Shown piece by piece: positions 33,011 to 45,821 of a DNA stretch of 64,000 nt. This DNA is from Scyliorhinus canicula (taxonomy: Eukaryota), in assembly GCF_902713615.1 (NCBI RefSeq), contig NC_052172.1, positions 6,677,337-6,741,336 on the forward strand. The letters run 5' to 3'. Made by a program: the position numbers and the translations under genes. The stretch's first letter is position 1; each line of letters begins with the position of its first letter. Below the pieces are notes generated by a model. That model did no database searches. It was not told the origin of the DNA and saw nothing but the letters and a program-made list of their open reading frames with translations.

Positions 33011-33798
33011 TTATGCGAGCACCTCCTCACCCTCCTCATTCTCGTGTTCCTTCATGGTGTTCTCAATCCAGTCCAGATAGTTCCCTACATGGGTGTACAC
33101 CCCATAATGGCCACACTGCGGCGGACCAAACGATGCAATGCCCCTGACAATGTGACGACTGCGGTCGCGACGGTCCCGGAAGACGTATGGGCCCCCACTG
33201 TCCCCACGGCAGGAACCCACGCCCTGTCGTCCAGCGCAGATCATGTTTGGGGTGAAAATGGGCTTCTTTCCCTGGAAGTTGGAATTCTCACACTCATCCA
33301 TGCTGACGACGGGAACCTCGGCAAACTGCAGAAAGATCGCAAGGCTCCTATTTTCTGTCGTACCCCAGCCTGAAATGTAACCCAATGTACCGAAATCTGG
33401 CAGAGACACATCTCCTCGTTCAGGCAGGCAAAGGGGGGACAGGTTGGGTCCCAGTTTCACCTCTTCCTGGAGCTTGATCAATGCAATGTCGTGATTGAAG
33501 TTGGGTTGCCCGTGCTTGACCTGCTTGAATTTGGGGTGGATGAAGACCTGTTCAGCGAGGAGCATGTTCTTTGGTGATTTGTCCCTTAGATTAATAAATC
33601 CACCGTGAATTTCCACCTGGCGCGTGTTATCAAAGAGACAAGCGGTTGTCAACACCCACCTGTCGGAGATCAGGGCTCCTCCAGCCATCCGATTGCCGCT
33701 GGCGAGCAGACGTACCTGCCAGGGAAATTCACCCAGTTTTGCCCTTCTGCCACCAAAGATGCGTCCGGCATCGGAGGAGAGGAGGCATTTCCCGCAGA
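33011..33798 (-). CDS. C1S: C1s-like gene, last exon: linker, activation site and whole serine-protease domain
   Basis: ctccccag|TC TGC GGG AAA TGC...GR|IFGG...FPWQV...GGALISDRWVLTTAC...NHDIALI...GSCRGDSGGP...SFGPPQCGHYGVYT...TAA. Single exon, AGT Ser codon and no Cys42, all typical of C1r/C1s/MASP2/3. Confidence 0.9.
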
Positions 33799-34825
33799 CT
33801 GGGGAGAGATGATAGAATCAGAGGAATTGAAAAGCTCTTGGATCACTGTCCAAACACCAGGATTTGAGAGACTGCACACAGTGGCATCGTGTCACTCCAA
33901 CAGATAAGCTAAAGTCACTATTGTCCCAGATGACCATAGTCTGCTTTCCACTTTCAGGGGGGAGAGCTGACTGGTGGTGATTTAACCTGAGGGTCACCAC
34001 ACCTCAAGAGAGGGAAAAAGTCGAGAGGGAAGGGCCTTCGTGAATAACCTCAGGCCGTATGGGGAATTGAACCCACACTGTTGGCCTCACTCTGCATCAC
34101 AAACCAGCTGTCCAGCCATCTAGACTAAACCAGCCACCTCGCCAACAACCCCACTACACACCCTGCTCAGAGGGCATTGATTATTATTGTCACAAGTAGC
34201 CTTACATTAACACTGCAATGAAGTTACTGTGAAAAGCCCCTGGTCGCCACACTCTGGTGCCTGTTCGGTACACAGAGGGAGAATTCAGAATGTCCAATTC
34301 ACCTAACAAGTACGTCTTTCGGGATTTGTGGGAAGAAACCGGAGCACGTGGAAGAAACCTACGCCAGACACGGGGAGAACGTACAGACTCCGCACAGACA
34401 ATGACCCAAGCCGGGAATCGAACCCGGGACCCTGGAGCTGTGAGGTAACAGCGTTAACCACTGTGTTACCACCAACATGCCGCCCATTGAGTTGATATGG
34501 AATGAAAGAACATTAATATTATTGCTCATTTTGGGCACCCTGCATGTAAAATTTTTATGTGGGCTCGGTTTAGCTCACTTGGCTAGACAGCTGGTTTGCA
34601 ATGCAGAGCAAGGGGTTGTTTAGCAGGGGCTGTTTAGCACAGGGCTAAATCGCTGGCTTTGAAGGCAGACCAAGGCAGGTCAGCAGTACGGTTCAATTCC
34701 CGTAACAGCCTCCCCAACCACGCGCCAGAATGTGGTGACTAGGGGCTTTTCACAGTAACTTCATTTGCTGCCTACTTGTGACAATAAGCAATTTTCATTT
34801 CACTTCATTTCCAGGCCTGGGAACA

Positions 34826-37800
34826 TAGAACATAGAACATAGAACGATACAGCGCAGTACAGGCCCTTCGGCCCACGATGTTGCACCGACATGGGAAGTC
34901 AAAAACTAAAGGCCATCTAACCTACACTATGCCATTATCATCCATATGCTTATCCAATAAACTTTTAAATGCCCTCAATGTTGGCGAGTTCACTACTGTT
35001 GCAGGTAGGACATTCCACGGCCTCACCACTCTTTGCGTAAAAAACCTACCTCTGACCTCTGTCCTATATCTATTACCCCTCAATTTAAGGCTATGTCCCC
35101 TCGTGCTAGCCACCTCCATCCGCGGGAGAAGGCTCTCACTGTCCACCCTATCTAACCCTCTGATCATTTCGTATGCCTCTATTAAGTCACCTCTTAACCT
35201 TCTTCTCTCTAACGAAAACAAACTCAAGTCCATCAGCCTTTCCTCATAAGATTTTCCCTCCATACCAGGCAACATCCTGGTAAATCTCCTCTGCACCCTT
35301 TCCAAAGTTTCCACGTCCTTCCTATAATGAGGCGACCAGAACTGTACGTAATACTCCAAATGCGGCCGTACCAGAGTTTTGGACAGCTGCAACATGATCT
35401 CATGGCTCCGGAACTCAATCCCTCTACCAATAAAGGCCAACACACCATAGGCCTTCTTCACAACCCTATCAACCTGGATGGCAACTTTCAGGGATCTATG
35501 TACATGGACACCGAGATCCCTCTGCTCATCCACACTACCAAGAATTTTACCATTAGCCAAATATTCCGCATTCCTGTTATTCTTTCCAAAGTGAATCACC
35601 TCACACTTCTCTACATTAAACTCCATTTGCCACCTCTCAGCCCAGCTCTGCAGCTTATCTATGTCCCTCTGTAACCTGCAACATCCTCCCACACTGTCTA
35701 CAACTCCACCGACTTTAGTGTCGTCTGCAAATTTACTCACCCAACCTTCTGTGCCCTCCTCTAGGTCATTTATAAAAATGACAAACAGCAACGGCCCCAG
35801 AACAGATCCTTGTGGTACGCCACTCGTAACTGAACTCCATTCTGAACATTTGCCATCAACCACCACCCTCTGTCTTCTTTCAACTAGCCAATTTCTGATC
35901 CACATCTCTAAATCACCCTCAATCCCCAGCCACCGTATTTTCTGCAAGAGCCGACCGTGGGGTACCTTATCAAACGCTTTACTGAAATCCACGTACACCA
36001 CATCAACTGCTCTACCCTCATCTACCTGTTCAGTCACCTTCTCAAAGAACTCGATAAGGTTTGTGAGGCATGACCTACCCTTCACAAAACCATGCTGACT
36101 ATCCCTAATCATATTATTCCTATCTAGATGATTATAAATCATATCTCTTATAATCCTCTCCAAGACTTTACCCACAACAGACGTGAGGCTCACCGGCCTA
36201 TAGTTACCGGGGTTATCTCTACTCCCCTTCTTGAACAAAGGGACCACATTTGCTATCCTCCAGTCCTCTGGCACTATTCCTGTAGCCAATGATGACATAA
36301 AAATCAAAGCCAAAGGCTCAGCAATCTCTTCCTTGGCTTCCCAGAGAATCCTAGGATAAATCCCATCAGGCCCCGGGGACTTATCTATTTTCACCTTGTC
36401 CAGAATTGCCAACACTCTTCCCTACGCACCTCAAGCCATCTATTCTAATAGCCTGGGTCTCAGCATTCTCCTCCACAACATTATCTTTTTCCTGAGTGAA
36501 TACTGACGAAAAGTATTCATTTAGTATCTCGCTTATCTCCTCAGCCTCCAAACACAACTTCCCAGCACTGTCCTTGACTGGCCCTACTCTTACCCTAGTC
36601 ATTCTTTTGTTCCTGACATACCGAGAGAAAGCTTTTGGATTTTCCTTGATCCTATCTGCCAAAGACTTCTCATGTCCCCTCCTTGCTTGTCTTAGCTCTC
36701 TCTTTAGATCCTTCCTCGCTTCCTTGTAACTATCAAGCACCCCAACTGACACTTCACGCCTCATCCTTCTTCCTCTTAACAAGAGATTCCACTTCTTTGG
36801 TAAACCACGGTTCCCTCGCTCGACCCCTTTCCTCCCTGTCTGACTGGTACGTACTGATCAAGAACACGCAATAGCTGTTCCTTGAACAAGCTCCACATAT
36901 CCAGTGTGCCCAACCCTTGCAGCCTACTTCTCCAACCTACACATCCTAAGTCATGTCTAATGGCATCATAATTGCCCTTCGCCCAGCTATAACTTTTGCC
37001 CTGCGGGGTATACTTATCCCTTTCCATCACTAATGTAAAGGTCACCGAATTGTGGTCACCGTCTCCAAAGTGCTCACCTACCTGCAGATCTAACTCCTGG
37101 CCTGGTTCATTACCCAAAACCAAATCCAATGTGGCCTCGCCTCTTGTTGGCCTGTCAATATATTGTGTCAGGAAACCCTCCTGCACACATTGTACAAAGA
37201 ATGACCCATCTAATGTACTCGAACTATATCTTTTCCAGTCAATATTTGGAAAGTTAAAGTCTCCCATAACAACTACCCTGGTACTTTCGCTCTTTTCCAG
37301 AATCATCTTCGCCATCCTTTCCTCTACATCCCTAGAACTAATAAGTGGCCTATAGAAAACTCCCAACAGGGTGACCTCTCCTTTCCTGTTTCTAACCTCA
37401 GCCCATACTACCTCGGAAGAAGAGTCCCCATCTAGCATCCTTTCCGCCACCGTAATACTGTCATTGACTCACAGCGCCACACCTGCCCCTCTTTTGCCCC
37501 CCTCTCTGAGCTTACTAAAACACCTAAACCCCGGAACCTGCAACAACCATTCTTGTCCCTGCTCTATCCATGTCTCTGAAATGGCCACAACATCGAAGTC
37601 CCAGGTACCAACCCATGCTGCCAGTTCCCCTACCTTATTTCGTATACTCCTGGCATTGAAGTAGACACACTTCAAACCACCTACCTGAACACTGGAACAC
37701 TCCTGCAAAGTCAAATCTGTGCTCCTGACCTCTATACTCTCAATCTCCCGTACCCCAAAACTACAATCCAGTTTCCCATGCCCCTGCTGAATTAGTTTAA

Positions 37801-38720
37801 ACCCCCCAAAGAGCACTAACAAATCTCCCCCCCCCCAGGATATTGGTGCCCCTCAGGTTCAGATGTAGACCATCCTGTCTATAGAGGCCCCACCTTCCCC
37901 AGAAAGAGCCCCAGTTATCCAGAAATCTGAATCCCTCCCGCCTGCACCATCCCTGTAGCCACGTGTTTAATTGCTCTTTCTCCCTATTCCTCGTCTCACT
38001 ACCACGTGGCACGGGCAACAACCCAGAGATAACAACTCTGTTTGTTCTCACTCTGAGCTTCAATCCTAGCTCCCTAAAGGCCTGCCTGACATCCTTGTCC
38101 CCTTTCCTACCTATGTCGTTAGTGCCAATGTGGACTACGACTTGGGGCTGCTCCCCCTCCCCTTTAAGGACCCGGAAAACACGATCCGAGACATCACGTA
38201 CACTTGCACCTGGGAGGCAACATACCAAACGTGAGTCTCTCTCGCTCCCACAAAATCTCCTATCTGTGCCCCTGACTATTTAGTCCCCAATTACTAATGT
38301 TCTACTCCTTTCCCCCCTTCCCTTCTGAGCAACAGGGACAGACTCCGTGCCAGAGGCCCGTACCCCATGGCTTACCCCTGGTAAGTCCTCTCCCCCCAAC
38401 AAGTATCCAAAACGGTATACTTGTTACTTAGCGGAACGACCGCAGGGGGTCCCTGCACTGACTGCTTCTTCCCAGTCCCATCTATCTCCAGTCTTTGGTG
38501 TAACTACCTCCCTGAAGCTTCTATCTATGACCCCCTCTGCCTCCCGAATGATCTGAAGTTCATCCAGCTCAAGCTCCAGGTCCCTAACACGGTTTTTGAG
38601 GAGCTGGAATTGAGTGCACTTCCCACAGATGAAATCAGCAGGGACACTGACGGTGTCCCTCACCTCAAACATTCTGCAGGAGGAACATTGTACTGCCTTC
38701 CCTGACATCCCCTCTAGATA
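34826..38720 (-). mobile_element. Near-full-length CR1 with ORF1 (zinc finger/leucine zipper + SGNH esterase) and frameshifted ORF2
   Basis: 38424..38741 (C-x2-C...C-x2-C, heptad leucines), 37797..38228 (HIGTND...DGLHLN), APE 36776..37450, RT 34922..36415, (catagaa)n tail. Confidence 0.93.
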
Positions 38721-38734
38721 AAAAAAAAACAAGA

Positions 38735-39076
38735 AAAGCACGGTAGCATTGTGGATAGCACAATTGCTTCACAGCTCTAGGGACCCAGGTTCGATTCTGG
38801 CTTGGGTCACTGTCTGTGCGGAGTCTGCACATCCTCCCCGTGTGTGCGTGGGTTTCCTCCGGGTGCTCCGGTTTCCTCCCACCGTCCAAAGATGTGCAGG
38901 TTAGGTGGATTGGTCGTGATAAATTGCCCTTAGTGTCCAAAATTGCCCTTAGTTGGTTGGGGTTACTGGGTTGTAGGGATAGAATGGAGGTGTTGACCTT
39001 GGGTAGGGTGCTCTTTCCAAGAGTCGGTGCATTCTCGATGGGCCGAATGGCCTCCTTCTGCACTGTAAATTCTATG
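38735..39076 (+). mobile_element. V-SINE abutting the CR1 5' end
   Basis: Full SINE sequence. Confidence 0.85.
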
Positions 39077-39464
39077 AAAGGGCAAAGTAGCCTCTGGCCA
39101 CCTGGGACTATGGTGACATTACTTCATGTCAGTTAATTGGTGACCAGGACAGTGACTGATAATCTGTTTTAAAGTTGCTGCTTAATTCTGCCATTCTGTG
39201 CACTGCACTTCAGAAGGTGAAGCTGGAAATAGCAGTGGGAGCAAAGCAGATTCAGGTTACTACTGGCGCTCAGAAGGAAATTGCAGGAATATTGAATAGG
39301 AGAAATAATTTATAGGGGTATGGGGAAAGAAGAGAGGAGGACGATATTTACTGTGTAATTCGGCTAAAAAGCCAGCAGAGGGGCAATGGAGGGAATGGCC
39401 TCCTGTGAGACAGCCAATGATTTTGTGCTACTTTCCTGCTCATTACACTCTTGTAAATATTTAC

Positions 39465-39542
39465 CTGGTTTGCACTTTGGAAGGGTCTCCTGTCCACTCG
39501 CGACATCCACCCATTCAGCATTATGCGAGCAGTTAAAAATAG
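39465..39542 (-). CDS. C1S: C1s-like exon, CCP2 second half
   Basis: accag|CT...IFNCSHNAEWVDVASGQETLPKCKP G|gtaaat; 78 nt, phase 1/1. Confidence 0.92.
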
Positions 39543-39688
39543 CTGGTGGGGAAAATACGTAAAGGGAGAGAGATATCAGATGGAGAGCGACATGTACAGC
39601 CACACCTTTATCCCAGCCATAATGCAGCTGATTGAGTCACTTACCCCTGTCATTCGTGGCTGAACTTGATTTACCTGCACATCATTTT

Positions 39689-40301
39689 TGTCATGGGAAT
39701 GTCCCTTTAAGAAATGTGTTCTCTCATCACATGGCAGCAGTGATGTTATTGTGTGGGTGGAGCTGGGCTGTGGCACTGGGTTGTTAGTTTTGTTTTTGAG
39801 CTGGAAGCCGTTGTGTGGCCGTGAGTTTTACTTTCCGTTCAGACTTTTGGTTGCTGTATTCAGACGACAAGGATCTTAGATTATCTCTCTCTCGCTGCAT
39901 GTTAAAAGGTGTCCAGGTCACGTGATATTTTAAAACGGATTACTTCTTTTCTCAAAAGAATTCAAACCTACTGTTTTGGTTAAAACGTTTTTTGTCTTGT
40001 TTGGATGTTGTTGCATGAGTGAAACAGGATCAGGAAGTTATTAATGGTTAACTATAGAGTACTGTAGCTGTGGAGGGTATTTATGTTTGTAGTTGATAAA
40101 AATACTTATTATGTGTGTTTATAAAATGTTAACTGAATTCGTAGGATAAACTTTGTTTTGTTTAAAAGTGTTTAGGGCCTCTGTTAAATAACACCTGAAA
40201 AGTAGGCCCTTGTGCTCCTCCTAGACAAAATCTATAAACAGTTGATCATCAGGTGAAGTCCATGATATACTTTGGTGTTCTCTGAACCATGGCCCATCAC
40301 A
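39689..40301. mobile_element. Probable solo LTR
   Basis: TGTCATGGG...CCCATCACA inverted termini; flanks atttt/attta. Confidence 0.6.
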
Positions 40302-41049
40302 ATTTATATTTTTTAACTATCCTCCACCCACTGCAATGATGTTGGCCAAATCCCCCGATCCTCTTGGGAGACATTGCTGCATTTCCAGTCATATTCTGTG
40401 CAGTGATATCATGTGTGTGTTGTAATTCACTGACTGACCACTAGGAGTCTCATTAGTATATGAATGAATGTTAGAGTCTGGTGACCTTAGGCTGACTAGG
40501 GAGCCGGGAGAGAGGTTGCTTGTACATAATCATACTATTATTCATCTGTTGTTTGTTTCTATTTGACCCACAGTTAATGTTAATATTTTGCTTATAGCTT
40601 CAGCTGAAAGTGTTCTTGTAATATAAATCAGGTCATCCGACAAGAACATTACATTTGGTTTGCTGTAGTTTGGAGAGACTCATTGCAGTGATGGGCAACT
40701 TGGCTGGTGAGTGGGCCACATAAGCGGCACTCCTTCATCTCAATAGGTTGCAAGGTTGAAATTGGGCATAGAACCGCATCAAGTCTGCGCCGATGCCTGA
40801 GAGAGCGCTGGACCCAGGTCCACATCCCGCGTCCACCATACCTTATTTCCGTAAACTAACCTGTACATCAATGGACTCGAGGGGAAAATTTATCACGGCT
40901 AATCCAACTACCTGCAGACCTTTGAACTGAGGGAGGAAACGGGATATTCTGGAGGAAACCCACGCAGACACGGGGAGAGCGTGCAGAATCCGCACAGAGT
41001 GTCACCCAAGACCGGAATTGAACCCCGGTTCATGGCTGTATCAGACAGC

Positions 41050-41265
41050 GGTGCTAATCCGGGTCCCTGGAAATCTGAGGCAGCAGTGTTAACCTGTGTC
41101 CCTGGCACTGTGAGACAGCAGTGTTAACCCGGGTCCCTGGCACTGTGAGGCAGCAGTGCTAACCAGGGTCCCTGGCACTGTGAGGCAGCAGTGTTAACCC
41201 GGGTCCCTGGCGCTGTGAGAGAGCAGTGTTAACCCGGGTCACTGGCACTGTGAGGCAGCAGTGTG
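41050..41265 (-). repeat. 35-bp minisatellite (~6 copies) amplified from a SINE tRNA-like head
   Basis: gtccctggcactgtgaggcagcagtgttaacccgg starting at 41063, 41098, 41133, 41168, 41203, 41238, contiguous with a minus-strand SINE at ~40770-41050. Confidence 0.9.
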
Positions 41266-41544
41266 CTCACCTCGGTGCCGCCATAATTATTAACTGTGAC
41301 CCTTGAATATGGATGAATACATTTAATGCATGCCGAATATTTTGTTATAGAAAATGCTGTCATCATCGTCAAGTGATTTTTAAAAAAGTGTGGCAAGGTG
41401 ATCAGCGGTTTGCACTGCTGTCTCACGGCGCCCGGGTTCGATCCTGGCTCTGAGTCACTGTCTGTTTGGAGTTTGCACATTCTCCACAGCTAATGCTGTG
41501 AGCAATCAGCATGCACCTCGCTTTATTCATTTACATGCAAATCA

Positions 41545-42895
41545 CTTCAGTCATAGAATCAGAGAATTTACAGTGCAGAAGGAGGCCATTCAGCCCATCA
41601 ATTCTGCACCGGCCCTAAGAAAGAGCACCCTACCCAAGACCACACCTCCATCCTACCCCCGTAATCCAGTAACCCTGCACAACCCTGTTGGACACTAAGT
41701 GGCAAGTTAACATGACCCATCCACCTGACCTGCACATCTTTGGACTGTGGGAGTAAACCGGAGATCCATTGGAAACCCACGCAGACGTGGGAAGAATGTG
41801 CAGACTCCGCACAGGCAATGAACCAAGACGGGAATTGAACCTAGGACCGTGGGTCTGTAAAGCAACAGCGCTAACCACTGTGCTACCATGCTGCCCAGTC
41901 ATACCGGCAGGATAGACACCAGTGGAACGTGGCAACAGTCAAGAAAATCTCCTGTGGGCCCCATTCAGATTCCTGACGGGCCACAGGTTGCCCCCGAGGC
42001 CTTCGGTTGCCCACCATTGATTTATGGACTGTTTGCTCTGGGACATTATTTAGGCAAACTCTGCTTGCTCCAGTAGCTTTCTAAAAACAAGAGACACCAT
42101 AAACGTCTGCTGCAGTGTGCAGTTTACCAAGAGGCATCCTTCAAAAGTTTTCAAACGTTTCTGAATACACGAGGTAAAGTAAATCCTTCAATTCACCAAC
42201 ATTAAATAAACAATTCCAATATTGTGTGCAGTTTTGGTCTCCGGGCTTGAGGATGGGCGTTCTTGTTATTGAGGGTGTCCAGCGAAGATTCGCCAGACTA
42301 ATTCCCGGGATGGCAGGACTGACATATGAAGAAAGATTGGATCAACTGGGCTTGTGCACACTGGAGTTCAGAAGAATGAGAGGGCATCCCATAGAAACAT
42401 ATAAAATCCTGATGGGGCTGGAAAGGCTCGATGCGGGAAGAACGTTCCTGATGTTGGAGACGTCCAGAACTAGGGGTCACAGCCTAGGAATGTGGGGTCA
42501 GCTATTCAGGACTGAGATGAGGAAGAACAGGGCAGTCACTGCTGTCAGGGCAGCACGGTAGCATGGTGGTTAGCATAAATGCTTCACAGCTCCAGGGTCC
42601 CAGGTTCGATTCCCGGCTGGGTCACTGTCTGTGTGGAGTCTGCACGTCCTCCCCGTGTGTGCGTGGGTTTCCTCCGGGTGCTCCGGTTTCCTCCCACAGT
42701 CCAAAGATGTGCGGGTTAGGTGGATTGGCCATGCTAAATTGCCCGTAGTGTCCTAAAAAGTAAGGTTAAGGGGCGGGGGGTTGTTGGGTTACGGGTATAG
42801 GGTGGATACGTGGGTTTGAGTAGGGTGAGCATTGCTCGGCACAACATCGAGGGCCTAAGGGCCTGTTCTGTGCTGTACTGTTCTATGTTCTAACA
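41545..42895. mobile_element. Cluster of V-SINEs (~41545-41895 minus, ~42549-42895 plus) and a CR1 RT fragment (~42215-42535)
   Basis: SINE V-domain sequences; QFWSP...EERLDQLGL motifs. Confidence 0.8.
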
Positions 42896-43987
42896 TCTCT
42901 CAGAGAACATAAGAACATGAGAACTAGGAGCAGGAGTAGTCATCTGGCCCCTCGAGCCTGCTCTGCCATTCAACGAGATCATGGCTGATCTTTATGGACT
43001 CAGCTCTCTCTCTCTCTCTCCCCCCCCCCCCCCCCGCCCCCCCACACCCCCGAACACCAGTGTTGTGAACTGGTGGAATTGTCCACCGCAGAAAGCTGTT
43101 TGGGCAAGTTCGTTGGATATATTCAAGAGGGAGCTGGACGGGGCCCTTGCAGCTAAAGGGATCAAGGGGTATGGAGAAAAAGCGTGAATGGGAGACTGAA
43201 TTTGCATGATCATATTGAATGGTGGTGCAGGCTCGAAGGACCGAATGGCCTACTCCTGCACCTATTTTCTATGTTTCCAAGTTTCTTTGTCACTACTCCT
43301 GTTTCTGAGATGCCAACCCTTGACAGTAATAACCCACAAACCATTTGACTTGGGTCACCACCAGCCCTCAGTGTTAATGGAGTCTTGCTGTATGCTTTTC
43401 CCTCCATGATAACAGCAACTGAAGTTTAAAAGGAAAGTTTTTTGGGAATATCCTGAAGGGTGAGGAAGAAATAAAAGCCATAAATGTAAAATGGCCAAGA
43501 GGACTTGTCATATCGCCCACTTGATTCTCGATTTCCTCACTTCAGTCAGATAGGGAGGGATGGGTAAAGGAAGGCGGGAAACATCCAGTTATACATTATC
43601 ACTGCTGCTAAAAACTGCAGAAAAATTCAAAAGGGAAAGTATGTTTGGTTGTAAAGGAAAATGGTGCAGAGGATGTGAGGGGGACCTGGAAGGTGGTTCG
43701 ACATTAGTTAAGTAGGAATACGACTTGCTTTCATTAACTGAGGTGTAGAATATAAGAGCTGAGAAATTAATGCTTTGAACCTATGGCAAGCCCAACTGGA
43801 AGAACATGTGCAGTTCTGGTCACTGTGTGTTGAAGTACGCAGCGTGCAACGGAGATTTAGGAGCACGTTGGCTGGAGTGGAGCATTTTATTTCTGAGGAA
43901 AGGTTGGATATGCTGAAGTTGTTTTGTTTGGGACAGAGGGGACAGAGGCGAGACCTAATTGACGTGTACGGAATTATGAAGGGTTCA

Positions 43988-45222
43988 GATCGGGCATTTT
44001 CAAAGTGGGGGTCGCGACCCACGGTTGGGACACGGGCGGGTGTCGGGAGGGTCACGGAGCCATCCATCGCGGCGTTCCCGATTGCAGGAATTCAGGCACA
44101 ACGGCCGCAGCAACTGGCTTTTAAAAATGACGGCTGCGACCAACTTTAAAAATGCGGGCGCACTGCGCATCCATGCCCGCTCATCAGTGTGCATGCCCGG
44201 AGCCCAGGTGGAGTTCAGTACGAGCTCGCCTCCTCCTGACGTCGGCACGATGACACATCATTTTTTTTTCCAATTTAATTCAGTCTTCCTGCATCTGTCT
44301 TAAATATGCTCAATGGCTGAGCCTGTAGAACACTCTTTGGTAGTGAATTTCAGAGATTAAAAAGAGTCACAGGGTAGCACGGTGGCGCAGTTGGTTAGCA
44401 CTGCTGCATCATGGCGCTGAGGTCCTAGGTTCAATCCCAGCTCAGGTCCACTGACCATGTGGAATGTTTACATTCTTCCCATGTTTGCGTGGGTTTCGCC
44501 CCCACAACCCAAATATGTGCAGGGTAGATGGATTGGCCACGCTAAATTGCCTCTTAATTGGAAAAAATTAATTGGTACTCTAAATTTATTTTTAAAAGAA
44601 GAATCACAATACTTTGAGTTAAGTCATGCCTCCTCATCTATGTCTAAAATTGTGGCATTGTAATCTGCAGACTATATCCCCAGGCTGTAAACCACCCACC
44701 TGCCTCTGCTCTGGACAGTCCTGAGAGAGTAATGCCTGTTTCAATGAGGTCATTTCTCATTCATCGCTACTCAAGACTATAGAATATAAGCCCAGGCTGA
44801 CCTCTCGCACTACAGGTCAGAGAAAATGGTGGGTCGCGAAAGTTGGCCGGCATGGGCCGCGATGGCCGTCCAGCGTGGGTCGTGAATATCGGCCGGTGTG
44901 GGTCGCGAAAGTTGGCCAGCATGGGCCGCGATGGCCGGCCAGCGTGGGTCGTGAATATCGGCTGGTGTGGGTCGTGAAGGTCGGCCAGCATGGGCCGCGA
45001 AGGTTGGCCAGCGTGGGTCGTGAATGTCAGCCAGCGTGCGTGGTGAAGGACGGACAACGTGGGCCATGAAGGTCCGCCAGCGTGGGTCATCAATGTCGGC
45101 CACCGTGGGTCGTGTAGGTCGGTCAGCTTGGGCGCTGTGAAGGTCGGCCGGCCTGGTCGCGAAGGTCGTCTCGGGTGGGTCCCGAAGTACGCCCGGTTGA
45201 AAAAAAAGTTTGAATATCATGC
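43988..45222. mobile_element. Probable non-autonomous hAT-like element inside a CR1 fragment, carrying a SINE and a minisatellite
   Basis: Ends cgggcattttcaaagt / agtttgaatatcatg; host RT reads IMKGSD|RVGRESFYP across it. TIR and TSD are degenerate. Confidence 0.5.
44829..45190. repeat. GC/CpG-rich 23-bp minisatellite with a 69-bp higher-order repeat
   Basis: gtgggtcgcgaaagttggccggc / atgggccgcgatggccgtccagc / gtgggtcgtgaatatcggccggt repeated, decaying toward the right. Confidence 0.85.
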
Positions 45223-45821
45223 TGGAGATAGAGTGGGTAGGGAGTCCTTTTATCCCTTTTATTGAGGAGTCCATAACCCAGGGGCAGGGATTTTTGGATG
45301 CTTGGTGGGGATTTAAGCGGAACTCTATTCACCCAGAGTGTGGTGGAGATCTGAAACTGCTTCTGAGTGTGATAGAGGCAAACACCCTTGTAATAACCTG
45401 CATGGGACACGGGGAGGCAATGATTGCTTTCCCCCTGTGGCCTGAGGAGTATGATCTCCCCTGCTCACTACGGGGCTGTTAACCACGTGTATAGGTTGGC
45501 CAGTCTGGAACCAACCAACAGATAGGTGAGGGATAACCTCGATGTATATAGTTGAAATAAATGTCACATTTTCTATACTCTACGGATCCTCTTGGCCTTG
45601 TTTAAACCCCTCAAAGGATTGAATATTCAGATTAGAGCTGGAAATGTCAAAATCTACAGGTTCCCGTACCAGCCGCCGGAATGTGGCAACTAGGGGCTTT
45701 TCACAGTAACTTCATTGAAGCCTACTCGTGACAATAAGCGATTTTCATTTCATTTCATTATAAACCAAGAGCTGGAAAGTGGGATTGGGGGATGGCCACG
45801 GCGCTGATACGATGGACTCAC

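Noticed and set aside
33011-33798. Haptoglobin, MASP1 or trypsinogen
   Set aside because: Ser195 is retained and CUB2 plus two CCPs precede the domain (unlike Hp); a single exon, AGY Ser and no His-loop disulfide exclude MASP1 and trypsin; CUB2 and C-terminus resemble C1s. A phylogeny is still needed.
39371-39386. Additional CTCF site (ccagcagaggggca)
   Set aside because: Mismatch at a core position (G instead of C); too weak without a matrix score.
41050-41265. CRISPR-like 35-bp repeat array
   Set aside because: Head-to-tail repeats with no unique spacers, derived from a SINE, in eukaryotic DNA.
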